Counted from the stretch's first letter, positions 36,132 to 49,600 are shown. The stretch is 64,000 nt of DNA from Schizochytrium sp. TIO01 (GCA_004764695.1 SMSO01000025.1:2480001-2544000), one strand, 5' to 3'. Translations and numbers: made by a program. Notes: a model not told the origin generated them from the sequence alone.

Positions 36132-37988
36132 ATGAGCGATCCTTACAGCGCAGGCGACTCTGAGTCTGACTATGGCTTTGTGCTCCGCGTGAGTGGACCC
36201 CTTGTGGTTGGCGAGCGCATGGGAGGTGCCGCCATGTACGAGCTTGTTCGTGTAGGTAACGAGCGTCTGGTCGGTGAGATTATCAAGCTCGACGGCGACA
36301 CGGCTAGTATCCAGGTGTACGAGGATACAAGTGGTCTCACGGTAGGTGACCCTATCGAGCGTACCAAGGCGCCTCTGAGTCTGGAGTTGGGACCCGGTAT
36401 CATGAACCAAATTTTTGACGGTATCCAGCGTCCCCTGGAGCGCATCTGCGAAATCTCTGAGGACAGCGTCTTCATTGACAAGGGTATCACCTGCAACGCT
36501 CTCGACCGTGACAAGAAGTGGCTTTACAAGCCCAAGAACATCAGTCAGGGCGACGTAATCAGCGGCGGTGACATCTTCGCTGAGGTCTTCGAGAATGAGG
36601 TGCTCAACGCTCACTCTATCATGTGCCCGCCCAACATCCGCGGTACCGTTGTTGAAATGTACGGCGCCGGTACTGACGGCAACGAGGAGGTCACGCTTAA
36701 CGACACTGTGCTCAAGGTCAAGGATGAGAAGGGTCGCGTTCACGAAATTAAGCCCTACCACCTCTGGCCCGTGCGTCAGCCGAGACCTGTGACGGAAAAG
36801 CTTGCCGGCAACAACGCCCTTGTGACAGGTCAGCGCGTGATTGACACCCTGTTCCCGTCCGTTCTGGGTGGTACATGTGCCGTCCCCGGTGCTTTTGGAT
36901 GCGGAAAGACTGTGATTTCGCAGAGTTTGGCTAAGTTCTCCAACACACAGGCTGTCGTGTACGTTGGCTGCGGTGAGCGCGGTAACGAGATGGCTGAGGT
37001 GCTCGCGGAGTTCCCCGAGCTTATGATGGAGAAGGAGGGCAAGGAGTACCCTGTCATGCTTCGAACGGTGCTCGTCGCCAATACCTCCAACATGCCCGTC
37101 GCTGCACGAGAGGCCAGTATCTACACCGGTATCACGCTTGCCGAGTACTACCGTGACATGGGTCTTGACGTCGCCATGATGGCAGACTCTACCTCGCGTT
37201 GGGCAGAGGCCCTTCGTGAGATCTCAGGACGTCTCGGAGAGATGCCAGCAGATTCCGGATACCCGGCCTACCTCGGAGCTCGTCTTGCTGCCTTCTATGA
37301 GAGAGCAGGACGTGTGCACTGTTTGGGAGCACCTGAACGACAGGGATCCATCACAGTCGTCGGAGCTGTGTCGCCGCCAGGAGGTGACTTTAGTGACCCC
37401 GTCACTTCGGCAACATTGGGAATTGTGCAGGTTTTCTGGGGTCTTGACAAGAAGCTCGCTCAGCGCAAGCACTTCCCATCTGTGAACTGGAACATCTCTT
37501 ACACTAAGTACATGAACGTGCTTGGCCCTATGTTCGAGCGCATGGCGCCCGAGTACGGAGCGCTCCAGCAGGCCACCAAGCGTATCCTCTCGGAGGAGTC
37601 CTCGCTTGCGGAAATTGTGCAGCTTGTAGGAAAGGACTCCCTTTCTGAAGACCAGAAGCTCACCCTTGAGGTTGCGCGAATCATTCGTGAGGATCACCTT
37701 CAGCAAAACGCCTTCTCGGACTACGATTACACCTGCCCTCTCCACAAGTCTGTGGCCATCCTCAAGGCCATCGTGAAGTTTTACGAGATGGCGGTCAAGG
37801 CTATCGAGGAAAGCCCGGCCGAGAAACGCGTCACCTGGTCGCTCATCCGCAACACCCTGGAATCGGAGATTGTCCAGCTCACTGAGATGAAGTTCATTCC
37901 CCCTGCCACCCCGCCCCAGGAAGTTGAGGAGAAGACCAACGCTTTGCTCGCCAACATTGAGGCTCGCTTTGAGGCCCTCAAGAACTAA
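36132..37988 (+). CDS. ATP6V1A: V-type ATPase catalytic subunit A
   Basis: VSGPLV, P-loop [58 protein letters not shown]; no intein. Confidence 0.98.
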   Translation: MSDPYSAGDSESDYGFVLRVSGPLVVGERMGGAAMYELVRVGNERLVGEIIKLDGDTASIQVYEDTSGLTVGDPIERTKAPLSLELGPGIMNQIFDGIQRPLERICEISEDSVFIDKGITCNALDRDKKWLYKPKNISQGDVISGGDIFAEVFENEVLNAHSIMCPPNIRGTVVEMYGAGTDGNEEVTLNDTVLKVKDEKGRVHEIKPYHLWPVRQPRPVTEKLAGNNALVTGQRVIDTLFPSVLGGTCAVPGAFGCGKTVISQSLAKFSNTQAVVYVGCGERGNEMAEVLAEFPELMMEKEGKEYPVMLRTVLVANTSNMPVAAREASIYTGITLAEYYRDMGLDVAMMADSTSRWAEALREISGRLGEMPADSGYPAYLGARLAAFYERAGRVHCLGAPERQGSITVVGAVSPPGGDFSDPVTSATLGIVQVFWGLDKKLAQRKHFPSVNWNISYTKYMNVLGPMFERMAPEYGALQQATKRILSEESSLAEIVQLVGKDSLSEDQKLTLEVARIIREDHLQQNAFSDYDYTCPLHKSVAILKAIVKFYEMAVKAIEESPAEKRVTWSLIRNTLESEIVQLTEMKFIPPATPPQEVEEKTNALLANIEARFEALKN

Positions 37989-38759
37989 ACTCTTTCCTCG
38001 CCAACGCCCTTTCCTCCTTCTCTTTTTTGTTGTTGCTGCCTCTTACCTGTTTCTGCAACCATGATTTTGCTTGCCGACTCGGATTTTTTTTGCAAATAGA
38101 ACAATGGCCAGGGCAGAAGTAAGCAAGGCATGCAATGCTGTGACTAAGGAATCAATTGAGAGTTCTAGGCGCACGATACCAAGCTCCCTTGAAGCTGTAG
38201 GTCTGCTTTGCTACGTGACCATTTGGCTTGCTAGCAAACTACTGACTTACTCACTTTCTTACACATACTCTACTCTCATTACACAAACCCTGCTTTCCAT
38301 CATCCATCGCTCAAAACGTAAGCAGAAACTCAAACACCTTTCTAAAAAAGTAAATTGATGATGTCTTCTACGCAAACAAATCTCCCTTAGTGCTCATCTT
38401 CTCCCGTAGCTTTTGTGGGTCAGAAATCTTATTCCTTATCCCACATGTCTTCTCAATGTCTTCTCATAGTACAGTAAAATCATTTCGTGTACCTCGTATT
38501 TTGATACATGCCCGTAGTACACTTGCTGAAGACTCTTCATCTCTCTCCTCAAGCACAAGTTTTGCCTTGACAAAATTGGTGCCCGTCGTCATTTAAAACA
38601 AAAGTTCAATATTTCAGTAAATAGATAGCTGTAATAAGTAGTGGTAGATAAGGACTATGATCAATAAATTAAAGCAAAGAAGGGATGGATGAATAAAAAA
38701 TGAAAGAACGTAGTCAAACAAAGCTCTATCGCTGCGACTATCATACCTTGACCCGAAGC

Positions 38760-39322
38760 ATGAGTGCGTCACAGCCGAGCATGTCTGTGGAGGAGCGCCT
38801 TGAGCGCCTTGAGCTCCTCGGTCCTAAGTTTGGTGGTGCCCAAACCAGCGTTGCCAACAGCGAGGAGAATGTAAGTTGGTCTTGAGAGAAGCCATCCATC
38901 CTTCACCATCGGCAAGGAATAGAATCTAGGTACCTTATCTACGTTGAAAGCTTTGCGCTACACCTGATAAGAATTTCCTCCAGCAAACAACATAATACAC
39001 AGGAAATAGAGTGCATAGTTGTTGTGAAACCCTGACGTCGTTCTGATCAATCAATTATTGAAAGCAGCCCTCCATCAGTTTAAAGTGCTGGACGTATCTC
39101 GGAAATACTACAGCCACATTTGGCGTTATCTTCAAAAGGATAAAAGGGTTATATATGAGTTTGGGGAACTGACAATTTTAATTTATACTGTACATAAACG
39201 CGTAACAGCAAGAGATGGCACAAGAAAACGCCGCGCTCAAGGAGCAGGTTGGTAAATTGCAATACCGGATCAAGTTCCTCTTGCGCACACTTGACAAGTA
39301 CGACGCTAAGCGCGAGGAGTAG
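38760..39322 (+). CDS. Spliced 74-aa coiled-coil microprotein resembling the ArgRS N-terminal leucine zipper; exons 38760-38870 and 39209-39322
   Basis: GAAT|GTAAGT donor and TAACAG|CAA acceptor join in frame: MSASQPSMSVEERLERLELLGPKFGGAQTSVANSEENQEMAQENAALKEQVGKLQYRIKFLLRTLDKYDAKREE*. Confidence 0.7.
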
Positions 39323-39508
39323 AGAAGTCTTTCAAATAACACACAGCATAACATAAAAGTTAAAATTTAGTAGAGAAACTTTTTTGAAACAGCCAATATT
39401 TTGCAAAGGCCAGGAAAGATGGATTGATCAGCAACACTAAGCTGCTGTAGCACACATATCAGGATAATCAACAGCAAGTTGGCATAGTAATATTTGATGA
39501 ATACAACT

Positions 39509-40003
39509 CTAAGGAGCTGAGCCGTACTGAGTCATGATAGCGTTAAACTCCTCGCGGCTAATCTCGCCATCAAGATCCTTGTCAAACTCATCAATCATAG
39601 CTTGCAGCTCGTGCTCGGTCAAGCTTTCTCCCAGCTCTCTGGAGATCTTCCGCAAATCACGCAAAGAAATCTTTCCTTTGCCTTGCTCATCAAAAAGCTC
39701 AAACGCTTTAGCTACTTCCTCCTCTGGAGACCGCTCAGATTTTTTCTTGGCCACAATATGTAAAAAATCTTCGAGCATAATGCGACCCTTGTCCTCCACA
39801 TCATACTCGCTAGCAACCTTAATGACTTCCTTCTTGCTCACTGTAAATCCTAGTGCTCGCAAGGCAACCTTGAGTTCATGATAGTCAATGGATCCCGTGC
39901 CCTCCGCATCGAAGAGCTCGAACGCCTCCTTGAGTTCCTGCTCTTGCTCTGCCGAGAGTTTAGCCACACGAGTTCTGCCCCTGCCGGATGACCTCGACGA
40001 CAT
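39509..40003 (-). CDS. Centrin (centrin-3/Cdc31-like EF-hand protein)
   Basis: [68 protein letters not shown]. Confidence 0.92.
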   Translation of the reverse strand: MSSRSSGRGRTRVAKLSAEQEQELKEAFELFDAEGTGSIDYHELKVALRALGFTVSKKEVIKVASEYDVEDKGRIMLEDFLHIVAKKKSERSPEEEVAKAFELFDEQGKGKISLRDLRKISRELGESLTEHELQAMIDEFDKDLDGEISREEFNAIMTQYGSAP

Positions 40004-41390
40004 GATCCCTTCTTCGCTGCAGTCTACTCTTCTCTTATCTACCCCACTCCAGATGAAATCTAGTCTAGACTCTTGTCGGTGTCAAACTAAAACTCGCAAC
40101 ACCAATGCTTTGTTGATTTACGAACTTGGTTGCTCGGCAATGCGTGGGTCCTCAGTTTGCAATTAGGTTGGGTACCATGGTAGGATGTAAGTAGGAGTAC
40201 CTATCGAGTTTTCCTTTTTAGAACAAAAACACCATCTTGAAGAAGAAAATGAATTAAAATACACTCCGTAACGTTCACCTGAATTTTGATCTGAGGTCCA
40301 ACCCCGAGAACATCTTACATCAATCCATTTGCAGTATAGGCTGAATGCTTATCTATGATGATGTTAGGTTATAAACATGTGTGTTACACGGAGCTTTGTC
40401 CAATCGAGGTAGGTTTAGAGATGCGTCGATATGATCGTTGAAGTGCTGACAATTGAAGGGAGTCTAGCAGGTCTTAGAGCTTAGTTACTACTTAATTTAG
40501 CTAATTGAATTAATGTTACATTAAAAAAATATATATGACCTTTTTGACAGGAGAGCTTGTCTCTGACTTTAATAGGTAATGTATAGTGTGACTGCAGATT
40601 AAGCTTTCGGGCTATTGGTTCTAAAGCTCTTGTGGGATTCCGAGCCCGCGAAGAGAGCCGCGAAAGTGTATATTATATTACTCATCACATCGATATTTGC
40701 GGTCATGCTATCCAAAAAAATCTGAAAGGAAAGAACTGTCCCTTGTAATATGCAGGCTTCTCGCGTAAAACATTTTGAGGCTTACTTCCTTTCGCCGCAG
40801 TCAGTAACATGTAAGCTGTGAAGCACCTTCGCTCGATTGACCATGGATATCGCTACATAAAACTCACGAATTGAGATATGCAGCACCATATCAGAAAAGG
40901 TATAGTTTCCAGTTAAGCTAAAACATTCTTGGGTCTTGCAGTAGGAAGTAAGTACCTAGTAGGCTTCGAGATGCTATCCTTCATACATTTACCCCTTCTC
41001 CATCTAGAATACAATTACTCTTTTGGCTATCCTTAAAAGAAACTCTTGTCTAATTTCCCATGTCAAATCAAACTTTAAAATCAGAAGATGAGGTATAAAG
41101 CAGAGAAAAATCAAAATTAAACTTCACCTCTTCCCCTTCTCCGGTTGAGCAATCAATTGTAAATTACAACGTTTTATTAAAAGTCGAAAATATCAATTAA
41201 TTAAACAAAAGAGATACGCACAGGCAAAGTGTGAGTGAACTCGTGCTAGGACTGTTCGAGGATATAACGTACAAAGTATGCGTCAGTCTAAAAGTCCCTT
41301 ATTGGGATAGGAGCGTCAGTGCAATGGAGATATTCAACATTTGAATGCTAATTCCTTACACGAGTATGTGACAGGTGCTCCTTTGTACAA

Positions 41391-43052
41391 TCAAACTGCG
41401 TTTTCTTGCAGTGTTTGTTCGAGTGTTTGCAGGCTCTTTTTAGCCCGAGCTTTAACACGAGCACGAGCTGCTGCCCGTCGTCGAGCACGAGCCTTTTCAG
41501 GGTCATATTCAGGCTTTTGGTCTTGTTTACGAGGGCGACCAGAGCTGTAGTAAACTTCGTTTGAGCCAAGATCAAGCTCAAACGGGCCCTGTGAGCGCTT
41601 TGCTAGAACAATAGCATCAGTTGTTGGGATAGGGTTTCCATGTATACGAACGCATGCAAGCACCGGACACTCCATAATAATTTCCTCCAAGGAAAATATT
41701 GTGACGAATGTACACCATGAGCAATCAAATCGACGGATAGCATGCATCCAACGAGGAATAGCTAATAGACCTTCATCAGAAAGTTTACTGCAGCTTGCAA
41801 CTGTTAAGGTATGAACCTGGGCGCCAACTTTGCTCTGAGCAAGAGCTTTGAGACCTTTATCAGTGATAAGTTTGCAACCCGTCAGGTCAAGCTCGGTAAT
41901 GCTTGTAGAAAATGTTGCAATCGCGTGAAGAGCGCCATCGTCAACAAGCTCACAGCCAGGCAGATTGAGTCGCGCTAGATTTGGACATGAAACAGCTGCA
42001 CTACGTACAGATATAGATGACAGACCACGAGCACCAGAGACGTGCAATGACCTTAGCGCATGACATCCGGCCAGCACTGGAGACAACAATGTATCGCCAA
42101 AGTGAGCACGGTTTATTACCGAGAGCTCTTGAAGTTCTGTACAGAGCTTCCCAATTGGCTCCAAGGTGCTCCAAGCATCTTTTGAACCAAGAGATAAAGA
42201 TCGGAGACTTCGCGCAGACTCTGCTGCAATTTTAGCCAAAACATAATCAGAACAAAACTTGCTATTGCATTCAAACTTTTGCAAGCGAAGCGAAATATGA
42301 TCTCGTAAACGATTATATCCAGCTGCTGTGAGAACATCACCATAGTCTATGATGTCGCCATCTATTATATATAGTTCATCTAATGCAAGTTTCCTCTGAG
42401 TTTGTACATTAGGCTCGGCTAGGAGAGAGAGAGCTTCAAATACTTGAAATTTGTGCATCCGTAAAATCTTCAACGTATGCACAGCTCCAGAAAGTATTGA
42501 GAGCATATTTGAAAATTCTGCTCCACTATTTAAAGTAAGACCAAGCTCCTGCAAGTCTGGCATTCTTGGGCAGAATGCCTCCCCAGTATTTTGGTCAGTC
42601 TCGAAAAGCGGGCCCAGGTCCACATCCAAAATACGAACGTTATGCAAAAATTCTGGCGCTAGTTGAACAAGTTCTCGCAGTGCTGCTGCGCTCAGCGCTG
42701 GACATGCGTGTATTCTAAGCTCTCGCAATTGTAAGCCATGCAGCGCAAAGAGTGCAACATCGGACAGCTCAGTTCCACAATTATGCAGTTCTACGGCCGA
42801 CAGTGCCCGACACCTGTGAACAAGTTTCACAAAATCTACTTCTATCAATCTAACATTGAGTAATCGTAGTTCTCGCGCCTTTTGTCGAAGTATGTCATCA
42901 ACGCACTTCGAGAGCAGTCCGCAGGTAGCAGCGATGGGCAGGAGCTCCTTGGTGCTCAGCCAGCCATTAGACACAACCACCAGAACAATGTCTTCTACAG
43001 CTCGTGTAAATGCTGTCGGTACGCAAAGCGCAGCTGAAATATCGTCGTGCAT
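41391..43052 (-). CDS. F-box/LRR (FBXL/AMN1-type) protein
   Basis: F-box-like N-terminus (WLSTKELLPIAATCGLL) and Cys-containing LRRs (LNLPGCELVDD, LDLTGCKLITD, VASCSKLSD). Confidence 0.75.
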   Translation of the reverse strand: MHDDISAALCVPTAFTRAVEDIVLVVVSNGWLSTKELLPIAATCGLLSKCVDDILRQKARELRLLNVRLIEVDFVKLVHRCRALSAVELHNCGTELSDVALFALHGLQLRELRIHACPALSAAALRELVQLAPEFLHNVRILDVDLGPLFETDQNTGEAFCPRMPDLQELGLTLNSGAEFSNMLSILSGAVHTLKILRMHKFQVFEALSLLAEPNVQTQRKLALDELYIIDGDIIDYGDVLTAAGYNRLRDHISLRLQKFECNSKFCSDYVLAKIAAESARSLRSLSLGSKDAWSTLEPIGKLCTELQELSVINRAHFGDTLLSPVLAGCHALRSLHVSGARGLSSISVRSAAVSCPNLARLNLPGCELVDDGALHAIATFSTSITELDLTGCKLITDKGLKALAQSKVGAQVHTLTVASCSKLSDEGLLAIPRWMHAIRRFDCSWCTFVTIFSLEEIIMECPVLACVRIHGNPIPTTDAIVLAKRSQGPFELDLGSNEVYYSSGRPRKQDQKPEYDPEKARARRRAAARARVKARAKKSLQTLEQTLQENAV

Positions 43053-43606
43053 TCCTTACGCAGTGGTCAATCGTCTCGACGCAGCCAAGTAAAGAATCTG
43101 CTTACGAGAATCGCTGGGCTTGGCAGCGCCTCAGTGTCTCCTATTCTTTTAGAAAGCCAAAGTCATAACGAACGCTGGTCAGCACAGAAAGAATTAACCA
43201 GTCTACAGAATCGGAACTCAGATTTCCTATCAATATACATTCACGCAGAGCCATGCAGACATAACCCACAGAATGATCCAACGATACGCCTCAAGCGCAA
43301 GCCGTGCAAGAGAGAATAGATATGGCACGCCAATTTTGCCGAATTCTTCTATACACTAAATTGAGTAGTTCGTTCCTTTCCAGTCGTTCTCTTGTTCTCC
43401 TATCCTGTCCTTTAAGTTCTGTTCCTCTGTTCTGTTCTTTCATAAGTATAGCTTTGCATATATAGACCTATCTATATATATATGTTATTGACCTAGCTAG
43501 GTAGGTATATATATACTAGTAGTACTATCACTAATAGTAGTATCATCAATACTAGAAGTACTGATACCACCTACTATGTAGTGCTGTTATTGATTACACT
43601 TTGCTC

Positions 43607-46600
43607 GGCTCGTCTGCCATGCTGACAAAAGTCTCTCTTCCAAAAGAGCAAAAAACTCGCGCTTAGAACGCCTATGAATTAATATGGGAGACTCATTGGT
43701 GTTCTAGAACAGTGTTCTCAAGGGTGTTCTGGAACGGTGTTCTGTTCTTAGTTCTTATATATTATATGAGTCTAGCTAACAGTAACGGCGACTTGACTTG
43801 AAAACTCAGTCGCTGAAATCTGAGGCGCTTGAGCTTGACTTTGACTTGACATTGCTTGGTTGGGATTTTTGATCGCAGCTAAGATTAAATTTAAATGCGT
43901 AGACCCCCTTGCGTCAGATCTGGCTGCCCAATAGACCTGTAAATATGAAATATTGTAAACCCTCCAGATTCCACGAACAATGTCCATCGCAAATGCCCTA
44001 CGATAAACTTCATTCATATGTTCATCTTGAATTTCCTGGTGAGCAACTTCTTCAGCTACATCTCCACGCCATAAAGTATACATTAGAGTAGATACGTGAT
44101 ATCCGCAATCCACACCGTTTTTTTGGTTGCCTCGCCTAATCTCGATCTCCCAGTCTTCAGCTCCAAAAAGACGGATGGCATCGCCAAATACTTTCATCAC
44201 GTGGCTCGGTTCATGCAAGGTACTTAATGGGTCGTAAAAGACAACACGCGCTTGCCTTTGGTTAAAATAAAGAAGCTGCCAATGACTTCCTGTACAAAAC
44301 GGTAGCATAACATATTCAATGACATCTGGAATATAGATTGACCTCGTTGAGGAGCTGTCCTTTTGAAAATGGCCTCTTGGTGTGGCATTTGCAATCGCAT
44401 TGCATACAGACGATATAAACAAATCGTGTCGGTCATCTACCGAACTTGTGAGGAATTGAAGTGCGGTGCTAGGTACAAATGCGGTTCCGTGACACTTCTT
44501 TCTTTCTGCAGGCTTCATAACGCGATTTTCTTCGCAGCAGGTAGCACACCATGCATCCATTGCATCCCCTTGCATCCATGATAAAGGTTCCCCGAAAGAT
44601 TCGGGGTTAGTTGATTCGGAGCATGGCAAGTTCCCATGAGAGTCTAAGAACAGCCTTTGACACATGCCAAACTCTAGAAACGTATGATTCATAGTGATGT
44701 TGTTTGAATGAACAAAGTGTTTTCCACTTGTAAAAACAGAGTGCTTGGGAGAAATGGAGCTCTTCAGAAGACTGAACACCTTTGCTGAAGCTTTCCAGAA
44801 CGCTGTGCATTTTGAGTTAAACGTTCGCACAGGTCCTCCTTGTCTTGGTTGCATTTTGACACCGCGTACATTTCCAACCTTGGGGACATCTACAGTATGT
44901 TCTTTAGGGGCTATCGCTTGAGCCCTTCTTTTTTCAGACCCGAAAAAGTCTGTGGGTGGTAAACTGTCCAGGGCAGAAATTGTTGCTTCGCAGGTCTGAA
45001 GTTTGCACTCAGCGCCAAATGGCGTGGGGTGCCCTTCTCTTGGTGCATAGCAAGACTGACAGTACTTGCACTTGCTCAGATTTTCAGGAGCTCGCCAGAT
45101 GCTCTTTCGTTTACTTTTCAAATGCTTGAATTGGAAAAAGGTTTGTTGAGGTGCAAGGGGGAAGTTCTTCGTCATAATTGACCTCAACTCTGCTGTGTCA
45201 AATCGTTCCAGAGAGGGATGCCGAGAGAGGAGTTCTTCGTTTATGATGTTCGCTTCCAGATTGCAACGTGTTGAATAGTCCAGCTCTCTGATACTTTCCA
45301 ATAGATGCAAGGGATGCACCAAAGCACCATCTGCAGTAACAGGTACGTCGACCAATGGCTCAGTCATGTGCTCTAACTTGGACGCTAGCATTAGTTTTCG
45401 ATTTTTGGCAGAAATGCTATCTCTCTGATTCAGAAAATCTGCATATTGCCTGAGTAGGAACGCCGTCTTTGGTTTCAGATATTCCCTCAAGTCGCCCGGA
45501 TGAGAGATCTGCACGGAATCAAGCTTCGGAAGGAAAAGACCGTCAAGATCCCCTGCAGGACAAGCGTATCGATTCCACAACTGTGCAAAGCTTTCGAAGC
45601 TGTTAGACAGAATGGGCGCAGCTTTTCGATTGAAGTTTTTGGTTTTAAGAAGATATAAATAAAAGTCTTGCTCCACTTTGTCCTGCTGTTCGGGCTTACC
45701 TTTCATTTTGAATGGGCAAGGCGTGCTAGCTCCTATGAGGTCCTTGGGGCGAGGTCTGGCCCAACCAGAGCCTTTTATGCCGCAAGTTGTATAAGATGCC
45801 GACAGTACTTGCTGCTGCTTCTTCCTACATTCCACCGTTTGCTCGGCATCATCCCCACTATTTTCGCTGAGAACTCTCTCCCACGAGACGTCATCAGTCA
45901 GAGAGGTTCCAGATCGATTTGGCAAAGGATCTTCACAGAATGCAATCCAACGGGTACGGTCAGGCCTTGCCTCTTCGGCAGGGAACAAGCCTTTTTTTAC
46001 CCTTGGCGCAGAAGCAAGCTGCGCTTTTGGAAGATTTGTAATATTTTTTCGAACAGAACATCCAATGTGCAGATGAATATCAGCGTTTGAGCTACCAACC
46101 ACTAATTCTGATATTGGGTCATCCTCGTGTTCAGGCGGTTCTAACTGTACGCACGATATTTTGATCCTTTCTTTAAATTCCTCAGAATCAGAGTCTGTAC
46201 TTATACAATCTTCAAGAATTTCTACACAAGTTGAAAGGACTCTCTGAACACCAATATCACCTTGAGGTTCAGGCTTGTCACCGTTCTCTCCTTTAGTGAA
46301 AAGGCTGCCGTTTACTAGTATATTCATTGCTATCAGGCGCAAGCTGATGTGGTCTTTCAATTTTTTATCGATGCCAGCCTCGTCGAGGACTGATCGATCT
46401 GTTTCGGTGGGTACCCCTCCTCCCGTTAGTTTTCGAAGAACTTTCTGGAGGTAACTTATGGCTTTTCTTTTATGTTCTGGTCGTGCGAGAGCTTTTGCAA
46501 AGGCAAATATCACAGCAATGGCTTGCTCTACGGCATGCGCCAGTGTTGAGTTCTCCGTGCTGTCGAAGAAAATCGGCACCACAGTGGCTCGCGTCCTCAT

Positions 46601-49600
46601 TATATGATTAGACTCCAAAACAGAACCAACACTTGGCATCATGCTGAATCCCATATGTAAGTCATGAGAAACGCACAAAGGCAGTCGTGCATCTGGATAA
46701 GGGAGCTCATTATGCTCGATTTTACCATTGAACGCATCATTGACGAGGGAGTTTATCGTGAGGTGGTGGCTGAATGGTTGGTGAATTAAATACGAAGGTA
46801 AACCTTTTATCTCAATCATTCTGGAACGATTGTATTTAGCAACCACTTTGGTGAGTAGCGCGTCAGCACGAACAATACCAATGGTAGCACTTGCAACAGC
46901 CTGGTTCAACATACGATGGAACACCTCATTTGCATTAGTACCTCTATTTCCCACAAGATGATTTTTGCCATTGATTTTAGTCTGTAGAACGAGACCTGGA
47001 GGGTCGCTCAAGCAGCCCTTATGAACATGTTCAAAAAGGCCTGCAATATACTTGTCTAGGCCAACCCCTGTGGCGGTCTTAGATAAAAATAATCCATGCC
47101 GAAACCCATTTGGATAGGGTCCGAAATGTTCTACACAAGCGTTACCAGATCTTGGTTTGCAACGCTCTCGTACGCGATGAAGCAGGTCAGCACTGAGATC
47201 CATCTTCGAGTTCATAATATAGTGAGTCTTAAAAACTTCCATGATGCGCTTATATAGAACCTCTGGTTGTGGGATTCGGGTTTCAACAGCTTGATTGATA
47301 AGCCGATCTTTTGTGAAGTTGCTCTTACTCTTATGTTCCTGTTGAACCTGCTTCACTCGCTTGTGGTCGCGCTGAAGAACAGCGTTTGCTAATGCAGTCA
47401 TGAATGCAGTACGAGGTGCTCGGCTTTCGTTGCTGCTTTTCACCATTATTTGCTCCCAACGCTTGAGCCAGTGAAACAAATCGAGCTTGATGGGGACTCC
47501 CTTGAAAATTTGTGATAGGCATTTATTTAATTTTCCACAACATGTATCTGTCCAAATACATTCAGGCCGGTAATCCCGACCATGCATTTCCTGGCGTAGC
47601 TTGACGAATCGTCCTAAAGCTTCTCTTATTTCCCTCTCGTTCTCACTGTTCGCCAACCCACAATAGAATATAATCTGGTTGTGTTCGTTACTGATTGTGA
47701 GTAGGGCTTGATATGGCTGGTATATCCTAAAGGATTTGTCTTGGTCTTGGAATCGAAGTTTACAGCGCTCGGGAAACCGGAACGTGCAATCGATAGCGAT
47801 ATACCTGGCGCTGTATGACGCAATTTCGCGAAGCAAAGGTCTTGCCTCTCCTTTAAACTGGTCAATACATAATTCGTCGAGAAATTTGGAGCTTAATCGA
47901 TATCCGTTGTACTCCATGTCGAAGTTGCCAAAATTTTCAGGAGCCGTGATTGATTTCTCTTGCGTTTCTTCTTCATTTGAGCACGATGCTGATTGATTTG
48001 TCTGGTCGACCTGTTTGCTCGCTTGCTCAGCTGCTTGCTCGGCAGATTCTTTATTGATCTTGTCTCGGGCAAGTCGCTCGTTGCGCTGCTGGATAACCAT
48101 TCGAGCATACTCCACGCTCAGTAAGTCCTTTTCTCGGAGTATCTGGTTGATTGTAGTCTCCAAAAGTTCTTTCCAACCCTCTATAACCCTCGTTCGGTCC
48201 CTCTCACGTCGAGCAGTGCTGAGTTGCTTGATTTTCTCGCCGTTTTTTGTATCTAGGATGTTCTTAAGCTCATGGAAGACATCAACAACTGTAGAGATAT
48301 TGAGAGCAGACTTTAGGATTTTAATCTTTTTTTCTCCCAAACTCTTGATTTGCTTTAAATCAAATTCCAGTAATTCACGAGCAGCCGTCTCCTTTCTCAA
48401 AACCTCAGCAGAACATTTTTCGGGCTGGAATTGAATCTTAGATTTGAGCGTATTTGTCGAGTTCACTGCTTGCTTTTGAAAAAAACTTGGGATTGTATTG
48501 GGGCCAGCTTCATCGAAGCGCCGAGTGTGTTCTCCTAAGCTTGATGCATAGTAAAAGTACTCTAGACGATTATGGTTCCGTACCTGAGCCTCATTGAAAG
48601 CATCTGCAGCCCACGCGGGACTTTTCAACCACAATTGGCTGAGACGTTGGCTAACCTCTGTTTCAATCCCGTGGCGTGGGGTTAAGGTCAGGCCAAAGCG
48701 TATCCGTACGTCAGCAGGGCACAAACGAAGAACATCCTCACTTGTATTGCGAAACTCTTTATTGCACTTTTTACATTTATACTTTCGAGCCACGAGAAAC
48801 CAATTTGCAGTCGCACCAGCAATCTCTCGGTAATTTGGTGCCCAGAAGCCATCGTCACCAGAGACGCTGACAAGAGGTTCACCCAAATGCGCTTTTTGGT
48901 TGCAGTATGGACATGGCATGCGATTGTTCATCGACGCATACATTTTTGCTGGATGCCATAACCCAACGCTGCGCTGGTGAAAGTACTCTGGTGCAATTTG
49001 TTGACCTCTTTTTACTTTCGGCAGTTTGGGTTTCTGGAGCCAAGTGATTGTCCCATCAGGAACAATGTCGTACAGGGACTGGCATGTTTTGATATCCATT
49101 TTATCAAGTGTGTCTTTGCAGCTGTCGATAAATTTTTGTTGGATTAAGGTGATCGTAGTCTCGCGCTTCTCCTCATCTACATTAGCGCTTTCATTTAAGC
49201 CTTCCAGATCCTTTCTGATATCCTCATGACTCAAGGATTCCTGATCATTGTCCCCGGGAGTGGCTGTCGCCTGGCGAAGCTTGCAACGTGATGAAAATTG
49301 CATCATTTTCGTGTTTGATGTTTACCTCGTTGTTGAGTTTCGCTACCTCAAAGTATCATTTAATATGCCCTGATCATCCAGTGAATATTTCCAAGTCTCT
49401 TTGCACATGTATTCGAGCCCAAGGAATACGAGCTTAACCACCATCAAAGTCCAGTATTAAATTGCATCAGTGAAACGTCGGCGTAGTATTCGTTGAGGTG
49501 GATGTGCCAGTTTACCAGAAATATGTAACATCCTTGTGAGGAGACCCAGTGGTGATACACTTAATTATTTTCAGTGGAATTAGAGGAAGATTATCACTGA

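Noticed and set aside
36132-37988. VMA1-type intein in V-ATPase A
   Set aside because: GCGERGNE is contiguous and the length (618 aa) is normal.
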